From: Squalus acanthias
Taxonomy: Eukaryota
Length of the DNA stretch: 64,000 nucleotides
Direction: 5' to 3'
NCBI GenBank assembly: GCA_030390025.1
Contig: CM059432.1
Span: 120,592,001 to 120,656,000, forward strand
Of this stretch, positions 26,039-37,974 are shown piece after piece (position 1 is the first letter of the stretch; each line of letters opens with the position of its first letter). Below the pieces are notes generated by a model that saw nothing but the letters and a program-made list of their open reading frames with translations, was not told the origin of the DNA and searched no databases. Position numbers and translations under genes: made by a program.

Positions 26039-27090
26039 CTGATGAAAAGTCATCGACCTGAAATGTTGGCCTCGATTCTCACCTCCCACCATCCCCCGAT
26101 GGATGGGAGAGGATTGGGGGGGGGGGGAGTGGTTTGGGGGTAGTTAAAATATCAGGATTGGGCAACCCGACCCCATTCCCGCCTGTTACATTTTAAAATG
26201 CAGAAATCAGGCCATGGATGAGGCTTCCACAAGAGGCAGGCAAGAGCCAAAGTTGCGGCCAAATGACATAATCAGCACTGCGGATTAAATTTATTAATAC
26301 GTGAGGGAGAGGCCCGACCTGTCGGAATTCTGGCAGCTATTCCAAGGTGGGAGCTGCTGGCTCCCCAAGGTAACTGGCTCTCTTAGCACTTCTGGTGGGC
26401 CAGGAGGAGCTGGAGTGCTCAGGGCCCCTCTGAATTATCAAAGTGTATTATTATAAGCTGAAGTCCTGGAGTGGGTCCTGACTCAGAGCCAAGCTGATAC
26501 TTGGGGGCAAATGACCCAATTTATGCTCTTGACAGATACCATGGCCAGCTGTGAGTGCATATTGGAAATTAGGGCTTACTCAGTGCGCGATTTTCTGATC
26601 ATTCTTTTTGAATGGTTTGAACCTCAGCGAATTACCCCTTTAAAGCTCTGCTTATTAGGATAAGCACAGGCTTTGTGGACAATAAAATGCTTTAGTGGAG
26701 AGGAAAATCAGGAGCAGGGTATAAAGAGCAGCCAATCCAATATCTCCTGTTTTATATTATTGCTACCTATACCCTGCTAATACCATACCAAAGAAGTCAA
26801 TTGATCTATAATATTATATAATTAATTTATAACATGAATAATATAATATGATATATGATGTGTTATAATATAATATATATCTTTCCTCAGGAGGCCATGC
26901 TAGAGAACACTGTACAACATCTGTGGAAGAATGGGTGCATTTAGCTGAATAACTTCTCATTCCATGCTTTCTCATAGAATTAATGAGCCCACCCTCACCC
27001 CGCCCCTGCCGCACCCTACCAGGCTCCCTGTTACTATCGGCGCCATTAACTCTGTTTTTCTCTCCACAGGTGCTGACTGATCTGCTGAGA
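26039..27090 (+). mobile_element. Penelope-type hammerhead repeat fragment interrupted by a ~977-bp insertion (26068-27044)
   Basis: CTGATGAAAAGTCATCGACCTGAAATGTT [insert] ATTAACTCTGTTTTTCTCTCCACAG rejoins to match 50551-50596. Confidence 0.6.
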
Positions 27091-27138
27091 CGTCCTGGAG
27101 AGGTCCCCCAGATTTTTAGGGTCACTATCTTTACTCAC

Positions 27139-27365
27139 AGTTCTTCAAATCATTGCACTGCAGTATCCAGACTGAAGCACTAAACTGTTTGGAGAGGGCA
27201 GGTAGATACAGCAGGTGGTCTATTCGAAAATCTTGGGTGCGCTGCCAGAGATTTCCGTCCTTCGATAGATGAAAACCGCGAGCAGGGGGTGGGGTGGTGC
27301 ACTGTGACTTTCCAGTGAACCAGCCTCTACATGCAAGACCCCAGTGGGTCTTGGAGAGTTTCACC
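27139..27365 (-). CDS. Candidate internal coding exon of an unidentified host gene
   Basis: CAG acceptor, T|GTGAGT donor, only one frame open over 227 nt (VKLSKTHWGLACRGWF...WILQCNDLKN); not recognisably repeat-derived; weak polypyrimidine tract. Confidence 0.35.
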
Positions 27366-27506
27366 CTGAGAGTATTTGATCATTGACAGCTTTTTACTAT
27401 AGCTGAGGCTTCAAAACTTTGAAATCTCCATTCCAACCTTTTGCAGATTTCAGTAGAAGCTTATTACCAATATACAAAATACAAGAAGATTCTATCGAGT
27501 TACATT

Positions 27507-28254
27507 GGGCTGGATTTTGTCTTGGGTTCGGGTTGGAGTCGTGTAATCCGAATTTCGTGTTCCCCCCCCCCGACTCCAGATTAATGTGGCTGCCTGATGC
27601 AATTTTCACTTAATTGGGCAATTGAGTAGCAGCATGCGGGAACCCATGAACTAATTAGTGGTTTCAGTCTGAAACCCGCCTCCGATGATGTCATCATTGC
27701 TGCCTGCCTGCTCTCACAGATTGTCTGGCTACTGGTGAGAGAGGACCTGTCTGCATTGCTTCTGATGTGAGTGGACCTGGATATGTCAGAGAGAGAGAGA
27801 GAGAGAGTTTTTTGCATCCAAGTCCTCTTACACCAAATGCCATGACATTGAATGTAGCAGTATCAGAGGCGACTTTCGCACCTAATACTACTACTACCTT
27901 CATCACATCTCCGTTGTAATAGTGGACTTGCAGCCGATAGTCAGCTATCCACTTGTGCTCCCGCCAGGTTTCACTGGAGTGTTTCACACCAGGCGTACTT
28001 CACGTCAGAAAAGGGTTAAACTAGCTAAAACGTTTCAAAATAGCATTACAGACCCAATTTAGGGCTTGTTAAGGGCTTTAATAACTTCTCCTGCCTCTTG
28101 GAGGCGGGAGAGAGTCGGGAACCCCGCGACTGATTTTGTCAAAATTGCGTGGAGGCGGGATGGAGTCGGGATGGGGTCGGGACCCCCGACCCTGCAAATT
28201 TAACCCCCCACACGCCTCCAAACCCGACTCCATGGGTCATTCAAAATCCAGCCC
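27507..28254. mobile_element. Harbinger MITE family C, inverted relative to 20730-21421
   Basis: Same TIRs, ATT TSD, shared interior. Confidence 0.88.
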
Positions 28255-28480
28255 ATTGAGTCTACAGCACAAAAACAGGTCATTCAGCCCAACTGGTCTA
28301 TACTGGTGTTTATGCTCCACTCAAGCCTCCTCCCACCCCTCTTCATCTAACCCTATCAGCATAATCTTCAAATCCATTCTCCCTCATGTGCTTATCTAGC
28401 TTTCCCTTAAATGCATCTATATTATTCGCCTCAACTACTCCTTGTGGTAGCGACTTCCACATTCTCAGCAAGCTTTGGGT

Positions 28481-29489
28481 AAACACAGCGTCAGTTTCCA
28501 CATGTACGCTGACGACACCCAGCTCTACCTCACTACTGCTTCTCTCGACCCTTTCACGGTCTCTAAATTGTCAGACTGCTTGTCCGACATCCAGTTCTGG
28601 ATGAGCAGAAATTTTCTCCAATTAAATATTGGGAAGACCAAAGCCATTCTTTTTGGTTCCTGCCACAACCTCCGTTCCCTAGCCACTGACTCCATCCCTC
28701 TCCATAACATCTGTCTGAGGCTGAAACAACATGTTCGCAACCTTGGTGTCATATTTGACCCTGAAATGAGCTTCCGACTACGTATCCGTAGCATAAGCAA
28801 TAGTGCCTATTTCCACTTCCGTAACATCACCCATCTCCGCCCTTGCCTCAACTCATCCAGTGCTGAAACCCTCATCCATGCCTTTGTTACCTCTAGACTT
28901 GACTATTCCAATGCATTCCTGGCTGTCCTCCAACATTCTACCCTACGTAAACTTGAGGTCATCCAAAACTCGGCTGCCCATGTCCTAACTCGCACCAAGT
29001 CCCGTTCACCCATCACCCCTGTGCTCGCTGACCCGCATTGGCTCCTGGTTAAGCAACGCCTCGATTTCAAAATTCTCATCCTTGTTTTCAAATCCCTCCA
29101 TGGCCTCACCCCCTCCCTATCTCTGTAATCTCCTTCAGCCCCACAACACCGCCACCACCCCCCCGCCCCCGAGATATCTGCGCTCCTCTAATACTGCCCT
29201 CTTGAGCATCCCTGATTATAATCGCTCAACCATTGGTGGCCGTGCCTTCTGTTGCCTAGGCCCTAAGCTCTGGAATTCCCTGCCTAAACCTCTCCGCCTC
29301 GCTACCTCTCTTTCCTACTTTAAGACGCTCCTTAAAACCTACCTCTTTGACCAAGCTTTTGGTCACCTGCCCTAATTTCTCCTTATGTGGCTCGGTGTCA
29401 AATTTTTTGTCTGAGAATACTCCTGTGAAGCACCTTGGGACATTTTACTATGTTAAAGGCGCTATATAAATAAAAGTTGTTGCTGTTGT
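28481..29489 (+). mobile_element. L2-clade LINE 3' fragment inserted in a CR1 3' end (28255-29525)
   Basis: HMYADDTQLY, LQLNIGKT, VTSRLDYSN, KLWNSLP, KTYLF; GGCGCTATATAAATAAAAGTTGTTG tail. Confidence 0.88.
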
Positions 29490-30089
29490 GAAGAGGTTTC
29501 TCCTGAATTCCCTATTGCATTTATCAGTCCTGTTAATTGCTACAAATTTGAATTAATTTGCTGATTTCAAGATCAATGTGGATTTAGAAAAGAAACACTT
29601 GGAACATTCAGCATGATAGCATGTAGTAAGTCATGTAAAATAAAGGCACTCTTTGTAAGTTTCACACCAGCCGGCCAAGCTTGTCAAAACTCTGGTCATC
29701 GTCTTGGGTTCTGATATTATTCTGGGGATAATTTTTTCCTTCCCCACCTGGCTGGTAAGCTGGCAGAGCAGGTTGTACGCCTGTGGTAAAACCCGCCTGG
29801 AATGAAAATCGAGCAGGTTCTACAATGGGCAGGCGATCCGCTTCACCAGATTATGCCCAGCAGTCGAAGTTGAAACTGACGCCCTGTGGTTTCATAGTGG
29901 AAGGATTAACTGGTTTAAAAGAAATGGGTCAACACCTCTGCTGAACGAGTAGAGAGAGGAATTTCAGGCAAACGCAGTGAGTGTCCATACCCAATTGTCT
30001 CGAAGTGTGATTTCAAGGCCTTGATCTTAGTCAGGAGACATAAAGCTACATGCAGGTGTAACATATACAGTGGATTTGATGGGCACATA

Positions 30090-30259
30090 GGGGTAGATTA
30101 TCAACTTGCCGCCTGAGTTTTAAAACTGGCATTGCAGATCAGCCTTCTGTTATAAAAGCTGCACAGTTTTCCTTTCCGTTGCAATCAATAGAAATTAAAA
30201 TCGGGCAGTGTCAATAACAAGAGGCTGATCGCCAGGATGGCAAATTGAAAATCTACCCC
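30090..30259. mobile_element. Short Harbinger-type MITE
   Basis: GGGGTAGATTATCAACTTGCC...GGCAAATTGAAAATCTACCCC; ATA TSD. Confidence 0.75.
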
Positions 30260-32045
30260 ATACACATGCAGAACACACAGCCATATATATGTTCACACAC
30301 AGGCACTAGTAAAGAGAGAGCCCCCACAGAGGTGGGGATCACTCAGACAATCCAGTGCCATAGTACAGATGGCTTCTTATTTCTACGACCTCCATTTATG
30401 TTTCCTTAACACTTTTTCACATAAAAAGACTACAAACATATTTTCAAATTAAATTATACTCATTTGGTAGCATTCACATTGGCATCTCTGAGCAGATTAC
30501 ATTGCTTGCATGCTCAAAAACACTTAAAATATAGAGTATTGCTATTCTTTAAGTTGCCAGTCACATCTTTCTGGAGTTCAAAAAATTTTCCAAACAATGT
30601 TCTTCTGACAACATGCAGATTAAGCTTTGCACTCTCTTGTCTAATGCATTCTAAAATATTGATGTTCGCTAACCAGAGCTGTAAATCTTTAATACCTGTC
30701 TGAAGCAATATTAAATATAGCTGAGACAAAGAAGTCTGCACAAGCCAGCCCAGGTCTTTGTTGAATGTGGAGTCCTCTCGTCCTAAAGGCACTGAGTCAT
30801 GGTGAGCACTGGCCACCTTCCGGGTCTAAATGGGCATTCTTCATATCTGAGCCTAGCCAGTAAGTATTAACAACTGTGGAAGGAGTCACAGCCAAGCCCA
30901 GTCCTGCCATCCAGCTGACATCTACATGAAAATAGCTTCTGTCCTCCTCTAGAGATAAGGTCCTCGATATTCCTCCCATCCTTTGCTCAGAGGCTCGACA
31001 GCCACAGCATGGCCAAAGTGTGCTTTGTGTGTCCAGGCCTCAGCACACCCGAGTTTAGTGGGTCTGGTCATTTCCATGGTCTGGTTACACAACCAGGACC
31101 GAACACCAATTTCTTCGGGCTCCCCTCAAAAGGACTGCCCTTCTCTTGCACTGAGAGACTAAGACTGAGGTAGGTGCAGCCCCAGGCCAAAGTCTTTGTC
31201 CCTCTTTCTTCTCCGTAGTACCTGGGAACTGATCATTACACAGGAACCACTGAGTGGAATATTGGGGCCAAGCTGCCATTCTCCTTTAATGGAGTTGAAA
31301 AAGAAATATATTATATTTTAACTCTCGATTTAACTCCCAGTGGGAGTTTCTAGCTCACTGGCGGCAGCGAAAGTTAACAGTGATTTTCAATGCTGGACCT
31401 CATTACCATGGCGGCAGTCAACTTCCCCACCCCTCCGCCCCAGGATGAAGCAATTGCCGGTCATGCCAGCATGCAGGTAGGTGTGGGGGTCTTGCGGGAG
31501 GGAATGGGGGGTTGCGGGGGGAGTCCAGGGCAGGGGAGGCCTTAACTTTCATTGTGGGGCCTGGAGGAGCAAAGTAAAAAGTATATATTTCAGGTACACC
31601 TGCTTCTGACTTGCTTCAGCCTGCAGCTTCTCCACTCAGAGCTGAGTTAAAATGTCAACGAGGTCTCATTGACATCATTGGATCACAATTAGCATATTTG
31701 AAGAAGGACCTTGCCGGCTTTAGGCAGGCGCTTTTGCCGCCTGCAGCTTAAAATTGAACACAGCGGGATCCAGGTGGCTTTCTAGAAAAGAAAGAAAGAC
31801 TTGCATTTGTATAGCACCTTTCACAACCTCAGGAAGTCCCAAAGTGCTTTACAGCCAAGTAATTACTTTTGAAGTGTAGTCAACGTTGTAATGGGGGAAA
31901 TGTAGCACAAGAAAGGGTAAAGATTTATTAATGGTGATAAGAAAAAGTAAATTGGCACATTAAACACTTGACCATACTGGCTGAGGTGCTGAAGTTGGCT
32001 GAATGTGCAGTTGGTTTCTGGGAAATGAAGGGGTCGAAGGTTAAA

Positions 32046-32215
32046 TCAGTCACCCTGCGCTGGAGAGCCGCCAACCTTGCCTTCGCCGTTGCTGAGAGTG
32101 TTACAGGTGCCGCTTACCTCCAGCATCTCCTCCTCTGCATGGGTCACTTCCACATACCCCCATGGTCCTCCACTGGTCCTGGCCATCTCCCTAGTATTCT
32201 GCGCTCTCTTCTGCA
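32046..32215 (-). pseudogene. Harbinger Myb-gene exon 2 relic
   Basis: QKRAQNTREMARTSGGP...EEEMLE resembles exon 2 at 34761. Confidence 0.6.
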
Positions 32216-32849
32216 AAAGATATAGGACAACATTCTGTGTGGCTAGCAAGGATGTGTACTTCTTCTGGATATAGTGAATAAGGTGAAAGGGAAAATCAGG
32301 CACACTACAGAGAGTGCAGGGGGAAATTGAAAAAGAATATAAGATGGGCAAAGAGATTATGAGAAAAGATTAGCGGGTAACATAAAAGCAAACCCCAAAA
32401 TCTTATATCAACATATAAAATGTAAAAGGATAGTTAAAAGAATGGTGGGTCCGATTAAGGACAAAAAGGAAACCTTCTTGTGGAGGCAGAGGGCATGACT
32501 GTGGAGTACTGAATGAGTACTTTGCATCTGTCTTCACCAAAGAAGTGGATGAAGTTAATGTTGTAGTAGAGGAGGAGGGAGTAGAGATATTGGATAAGAT
32601 AAAAATAGATAGAAAGGAGGGGCTAAATAGGTTGGCATCACTCAAAGTTGACATGTCACCTGGTCCAGATGGGATGTATCCTAGGTTGCCGAAGGAAGCT
32701 AGGGTGGAGATAGAAGAAACTCTGACCACGATCTTTCAATCCTCCTTGGATATAGGATCGGTGCCAGAGGATTGGAGGATTGCAAATGTTACACCCCAGT
32801 TCAAAAAAGGGGAGATGGATAAACCTGGTAACTACAGGCCATCAGCCTA

Positions 32850-33145
32850 ACAGTACAACCTGAAGGATCAAAACTACCTCGCAAACAGTGGACAATCATC
32901 AACCGCTTCAGAACCGGTCATGATAGATGCTGCCACCTTCTCCAAAGATGGAAGATCAAAGCATTCCCATCATGTGACTGTGGAGCTCCCAATCAGACCC
33001 TGGAGCACATCATTGAGCACTGCCCTCAGAGGGAATTCGTAGGCAGCCTACAAGATATCCACGCTGTTACACCGGAAGCTTTGGCCTGGATATCTGACTT
33101 AGATATTGACATCTGATTTGTTTTGCTACTACCATACGAAAGAAA
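32850..33145 (+). mobile_element. Vingi/Ingi-like LINE 3' end
   Basis: Open frame 32850-33116: QPEGSKLPRKQWTIINRFRTGH...CDCG..QTLEHIIEHCP...; tail CCATACGAAAGAAAG. Confidence 0.7.
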
Positions 33146-34189
33146 GGGGGAGAAATTCATTATAGCTCAGGAATGGGTGGTAACTTCAAAAAAGTTTGAG
33201 ATTTAGCACCAGGCGCTAATGAATCACGCTGCTCACAAAATTAAGTATCATCGCTCAAAGAAAGGATTGGAGCGCTAAATCAAGCGCTAGTGGCCTATCT
33301 CAGTGGCGCTACACTCAAAACGCAGACCAATATCAGATGCAGTCGAATCGCAAGTCATCATTGCCACAGGCTCTTTCCAGTTCTTAAAGGGGAAGTTTGC
33401 TGATGCTGCAGAACCTCATTCTCAGTATTGCTGGCTATGTATCTGTGTCAGCAAGCAGGAGCCGGATGACTCAAGCAAGTGTGCTCATGGCAGATCCACG
33501 CCCCAGGGAGAGAGCCTGCAGATTTTTGGACCAAGAATTGGAGGAGTTGGTGTCCGCTGTGAAGAGACAGAGGGCGGTGCTCTACCTGGCAAGTGGTCTA
33601 CCTTGCTGCAAGTCTTCCCTGCCATGTGGAGGGAGGTTGCCCAGCATGTCTCGGGCAGCACTGTGGTCCCCAGGACCCACACACAGTGCAAGAAGAAATT
33701 TAACAACCTCATTCGGGTGGTCAGGGTGAGTCAATGTCTCAACAAATGCTACATACCACCGTCTGAACCACAGTCTTCACACACTGCCCAAAGCACCACA
33801 ACCCAGCATTCACCCAAGAACAATCTCTACTTACTAACACTCACACCCATATCTCACACCTTGCACACAATGACAGCTATTCAACTGTGGCAGGCACATC
33901 ACCCAAACACATTGGGCTGGATTTTGTCATTGGAGGCGGGTTGGGGGCGGTTCAGGTGGTTGGCCAGTCAGGACCCCGCCTCCGATGTGAGGCGGGACAA
34001 TTGAGCAATTTTGCCCTAATTGGGCACTTGATTTCCAGCGTGTGGGAACCCCTGGCCCAATGAGTCTTTTGGTCCTGAAACTCGCCTCCGATGATGTCAT
34101 CTATGCAGCTGCATTTAAAGCCTGCAAGCAGCCTTGGTTCATTTTCTGCCTTACAACTTTTGGAATTTACTTCTGAGGGATTCGTGCTA

Positions 34190-36183
34190 CTACCATGTCA
34201 AGCACCCCGTTTCAATGAGAACTCCCTCCAAGCTCTGGTGGAGGGAGCAAGAGCGAATAAGGAAGTGCTGTTTCCTTCTTCAGGGAGGAAAAAGCCTCCC
34301 CAGCAGACCAAAGCTACGTGGCTGCAAGTGGCACAGGAGGTGAATGCCATCTCAATGTGCAGCAGAACCTGGCTGCAGTGCAGAAAGAGGTTTCATGACC
34401 TTCTCCACACAGGAAAAGTGAGTATTCCATCCCCATGACCTTCAATCTGATCCCCATCGCCTCTCATCACCAGCACTCTGTTTTGTCAACCTCCTCCTCC
34501 ACATCGCACTTGACCCTTACATCCCTGCACCCTTAACCATTCCCTCTCTCTGTATGTTCACATTCACTTAACTATTCGACTATGCAGCCCTCACACTCCC
34601 TATCACTGTGATGCTATGACAACAACTTACAACACACAGGGAGGGCCCTTGGTCTTGGCACCTCACTCCATCTTTGTGTCCTTCTAAGCATCAATGCTAT
34701 GGATTCTCTACACTAACTCCTTCATTCTCACTCAAACTCCACTTGTATCCCTCATTGCAGGAAAAGAGAGCCCACAATAAGAGGGAGAGGACGAGGAGAG
34801 GAGGAGGGCCACCCTCAATAGCCCAGCTCACCACTGCAGAGGAGGCGGTCCTGGAGATCGTGGGAGTCAAGGAGGATGCGCAAGTGGGGGACGGACAGAC
34901 GGGCGCATCAGAGCAAGCTGGTGACAGAATAGTTTTTCATCTCTCTCATTGACATTGCATGAGTGACTGATATTGATAGAGCATTACAATCGGATTGACT
35001 TATGATCATCTGCACAATTCAATGTGCATGCAATGCTTATCTCACATGTCTAATTCTTTCCTTTACTCCCCCACAGGACCATCGACAGCCCCCCTCCCCA
35101 CTGTCCAGGAGGAACAACCTGAGCCCCCAGACTCCTCAGAGGAAGCTGCAACCTCTGAGGGCGCAGCATCAGCAGAATTAAGCACACCCAGCACCAGCGC
35201 AGACACTCACACCTCGGTGGGACCTTCGCGAGATAGAGTAGAGTTGTCACCTGGTGTATCACAGCTCACAAGTGAGCATCAACAGATGGTGGTGACAGGG
35301 ACAGCAGTGGAGAGCCCTCATCGGAGGGCGCAGGACTTTCCCAGCTCGGCTCCGCTGCATGTCGACCCTGTGCCTCCGGGTCCATCCAGGAAAGTGGAGC
35401 TGGAACTCCAGGAACAGGTGCAGGACTATCTGGCAGGTTTTGTCTCCAGGGTTGCTGCGAGTGTGGAGCGAATGGAGGAGTCCATCGCGAACATGAGCAG
35501 AGCCTTTGTGGAGGCGTTGATGCATGAACGGATCATCACGGAAAGGATGGCAACCTCCGTGGAAAGAATGGCTACCTTTGTGGTAAGGCTTGCTACCGTA
35601 GAGGAGAGGATGGCTACAGTAGAGGAGAGGATGGCTACGGCCATGGAGGAGCATAGTCGCCAGGGTATTGAAAACATGGTCATTGCTCAGAATAGACTGA
35701 CATCTCTTGAGGAGCGATGGTCAGCTAATGAGCAGAGAAACCAGACCTTCATGGAAGTCCTCTGGAGTAGGACTTCCAGTGCAGAAACTGGTCCTCGTGG
35801 CCCCCCTGAAGTGCAGCAAGGTGCTGTCAAGCCATTTGCTAGCTCTGAAGTGGGGCTGACCCATGAGAGGGATGTTGGTGGCAGAGAACAAGGAAGTGGG
35901 GGCTCCTCTCCAAGTGCTCACACTCCCATGCCACTGCAGAGCCCTCGGTCAGAGCCCTCACCCAACTGAGATGGGCATCTCAGCCCCTGTATAGCTGCAG
36001 GTGCAGCAGACTGTTGCCGAGCCCTCACAGGCTCGCAACCCCAGAGGACGCCCGCCAAAGGTGTCGAGGCAGGAGCAGCATGAAAGTGAGCAAGGGGCCT
36101 CCACAGCTGCTGAAGCCACAGGGGAAGCACCACGTAGGAGCACGCGTAAGAGGAAGATAAAGCAGAAGCAGTCACAAGGGTAG
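34190..36183 (+). pseudogene. Harbinger Myb/SANT-like gene, 3 exons (to 34417; 34761-34920; 35077 onward)
   Basis: GT-AG introns with matching phases (0 and 1); SANT motif; stop at 35967 with a frameshifted tail containing PRGRP; start codon unclear. Confidence 0.8.
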
Positions 36184-36430
36184 TCACTTGTGTGTTCTGT
36201 TGTGTTTATTTTTGTAAAGCCATCCGTGAATTGATGTGATAAAAAAAACTTGATGGCAAACTGTTGAAGTTGTGGGCTGTGTCATTTTGGAAATGGGACT
36301 TCCACTTTGAGGGCTTAGGGCGACTTGCAATTGTCAGTATGGTGGTCAGAGTGATAGGAATCCGCAGATTCTTGGCCATTGTCGATGCTCTGGTAAGAAG
36401 GTGCGAGGCAAAAGTGTTTTATTGGGCAGG

Positions 36431-37684
36431 TTAAGCAAATCTGGCCAAGATGAGTGCGTCCCTTGCATCCAGGGCAGCAATGTGCTCGCCTGCTGCCCCT
36501 GCTGGTTGATGCGCCTCTGCAAATTGTTCGTTGTCGCTCTCCTCCTCCTCCTCCACCTCCTCCTCCTCCTCCTCCTCTGCCTCCTCCTCATCTGAAGAGG
36601 TTATGCGATGAGCCACTTGTACCTCATGCAGCTGCAAGCCATGAAGCTGTGCCATGTTGTGAAGTGCACAGCAGACCACGATGATTCTGGTGACCCTGGC
36701 TGCTGATCTATCAAGGCATCTGAATCGCATCCTCAGCAAGCCAATGGTTTGCTCGATTATGGATCTGGTGGAAATGTGGCTGGAGTTGTAAGGCTCCTCA
36801 GCTTCATTGGATGGCCTCCTCAACGGCATCAGTAGCCACGTCTTCAGGGGATAGCCCTTGTCTTCAAGTAGCCATCCGAAAAGTTGGTCTGGTGGACTGA
36901 AGAGCAGAGGCACACTAGACTGCCGCAGGATGAAGGAGTCATGGCAACTGCCAGGATACTTTGCACAACCATGCAAAATTTCCTTCTTGTGGTCATACAC
37001 CAGCTGCACGTTGAGGGAGTGGAAGCCCTTGCGGTTGACAAAAATACCTGGATTGTGATGGGGTGTCTTAAGGGCCACATGTGTGCAGTCAACGACGCCC
37101 TGTACCATTGGAAAGCCTGCCAGATTTGCAAATCCAACCGAACGCGTGGTTACACTTGCTTGATCCTTGGAGAAGTTGATGTAATTGTGCGTGTTGGCAA
37201 AGAGGGCATCGGTTACCTGCATGATGCAAGTGTGTGCGGCCACCTGGGAGATGCCGCTGATGTCTGCTGTTGATCCCTGGAATGAGCCTGAAGCAAAAAA
37301 GTTGAGTGCAGTGGTCACTTTGATGGCCACTGGTAAGGGGTGTCCACCCGCTCCACTGGGCTCCAGGTCTTGCTGCAGCATTGCGCAGATGTCACCCACT
37401 ACCTCTCGCGAAAGTCTGAGCCTCCTTTGGCACTGCTGCTCAGTCATGTTGAGGTAGCTCATCCTCTGTCTGTAAACCCTGTTTTTGGGGTATCTCCTGC
37501 GGCGACGTGCTTCCATGCGCTGGCGCCTTCTGGCCTGTGCAGCTTCAGGTGGGTGAGCAGCAGCTTGGCGCTCCTGTTGTTGGTCCTGCTATTGGTGCTG
37601 CTGTTGCTCCAGGTGCTGCTGCTGCCGCGGCTGGTCTTCCTCCGAATCTGAGATCCAGGAGGAAAGGAAATAAATGGTTCCCAT
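36431..37684 (-). pseudogene. Harbinger DDE transposase with one in-frame TAG (37589-37591)
   Basis: VDCTH, GSCHDS, EDKGY, IIEQTIG catalytic motifs; Q-rich N-terminus from ATG 37684; acidic tail ending LILARFA. Confidence 0.9.
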
Positions 37685-37974
37685 GCTTCTGGTATATGCC
37701 TCAGTTGAGGAAGCGCTAAGTAAAAGTGGGGAGAGGGGTTTCCCAGGAGGTCACACTGGCGATGGGTCTCAGCCTCAAAACATCCACAACAATGAGTAGG
37801 CCTGTTAAAAGTTCTCCCAGACCTGAGACAACAAAGTTCTGCCACCTGCAATTAATCATTGCTGAAAACTTTTTTAATGGTGGAGCTGCAGCTGTTAGTA
37901 AACAATCCACTTGTGAGCATGCCAGGATTAACTGGCGTGTTCCAGAGGAGACGTGCAGCACGGGGGAAATGTGT

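Noticed and set aside
36431..37516. Domesticated host HARBI1 or NAIF1 gene
   Set aside because: Lies within a TIR-bearing element, has several paralogous relics in the window and carries lesions
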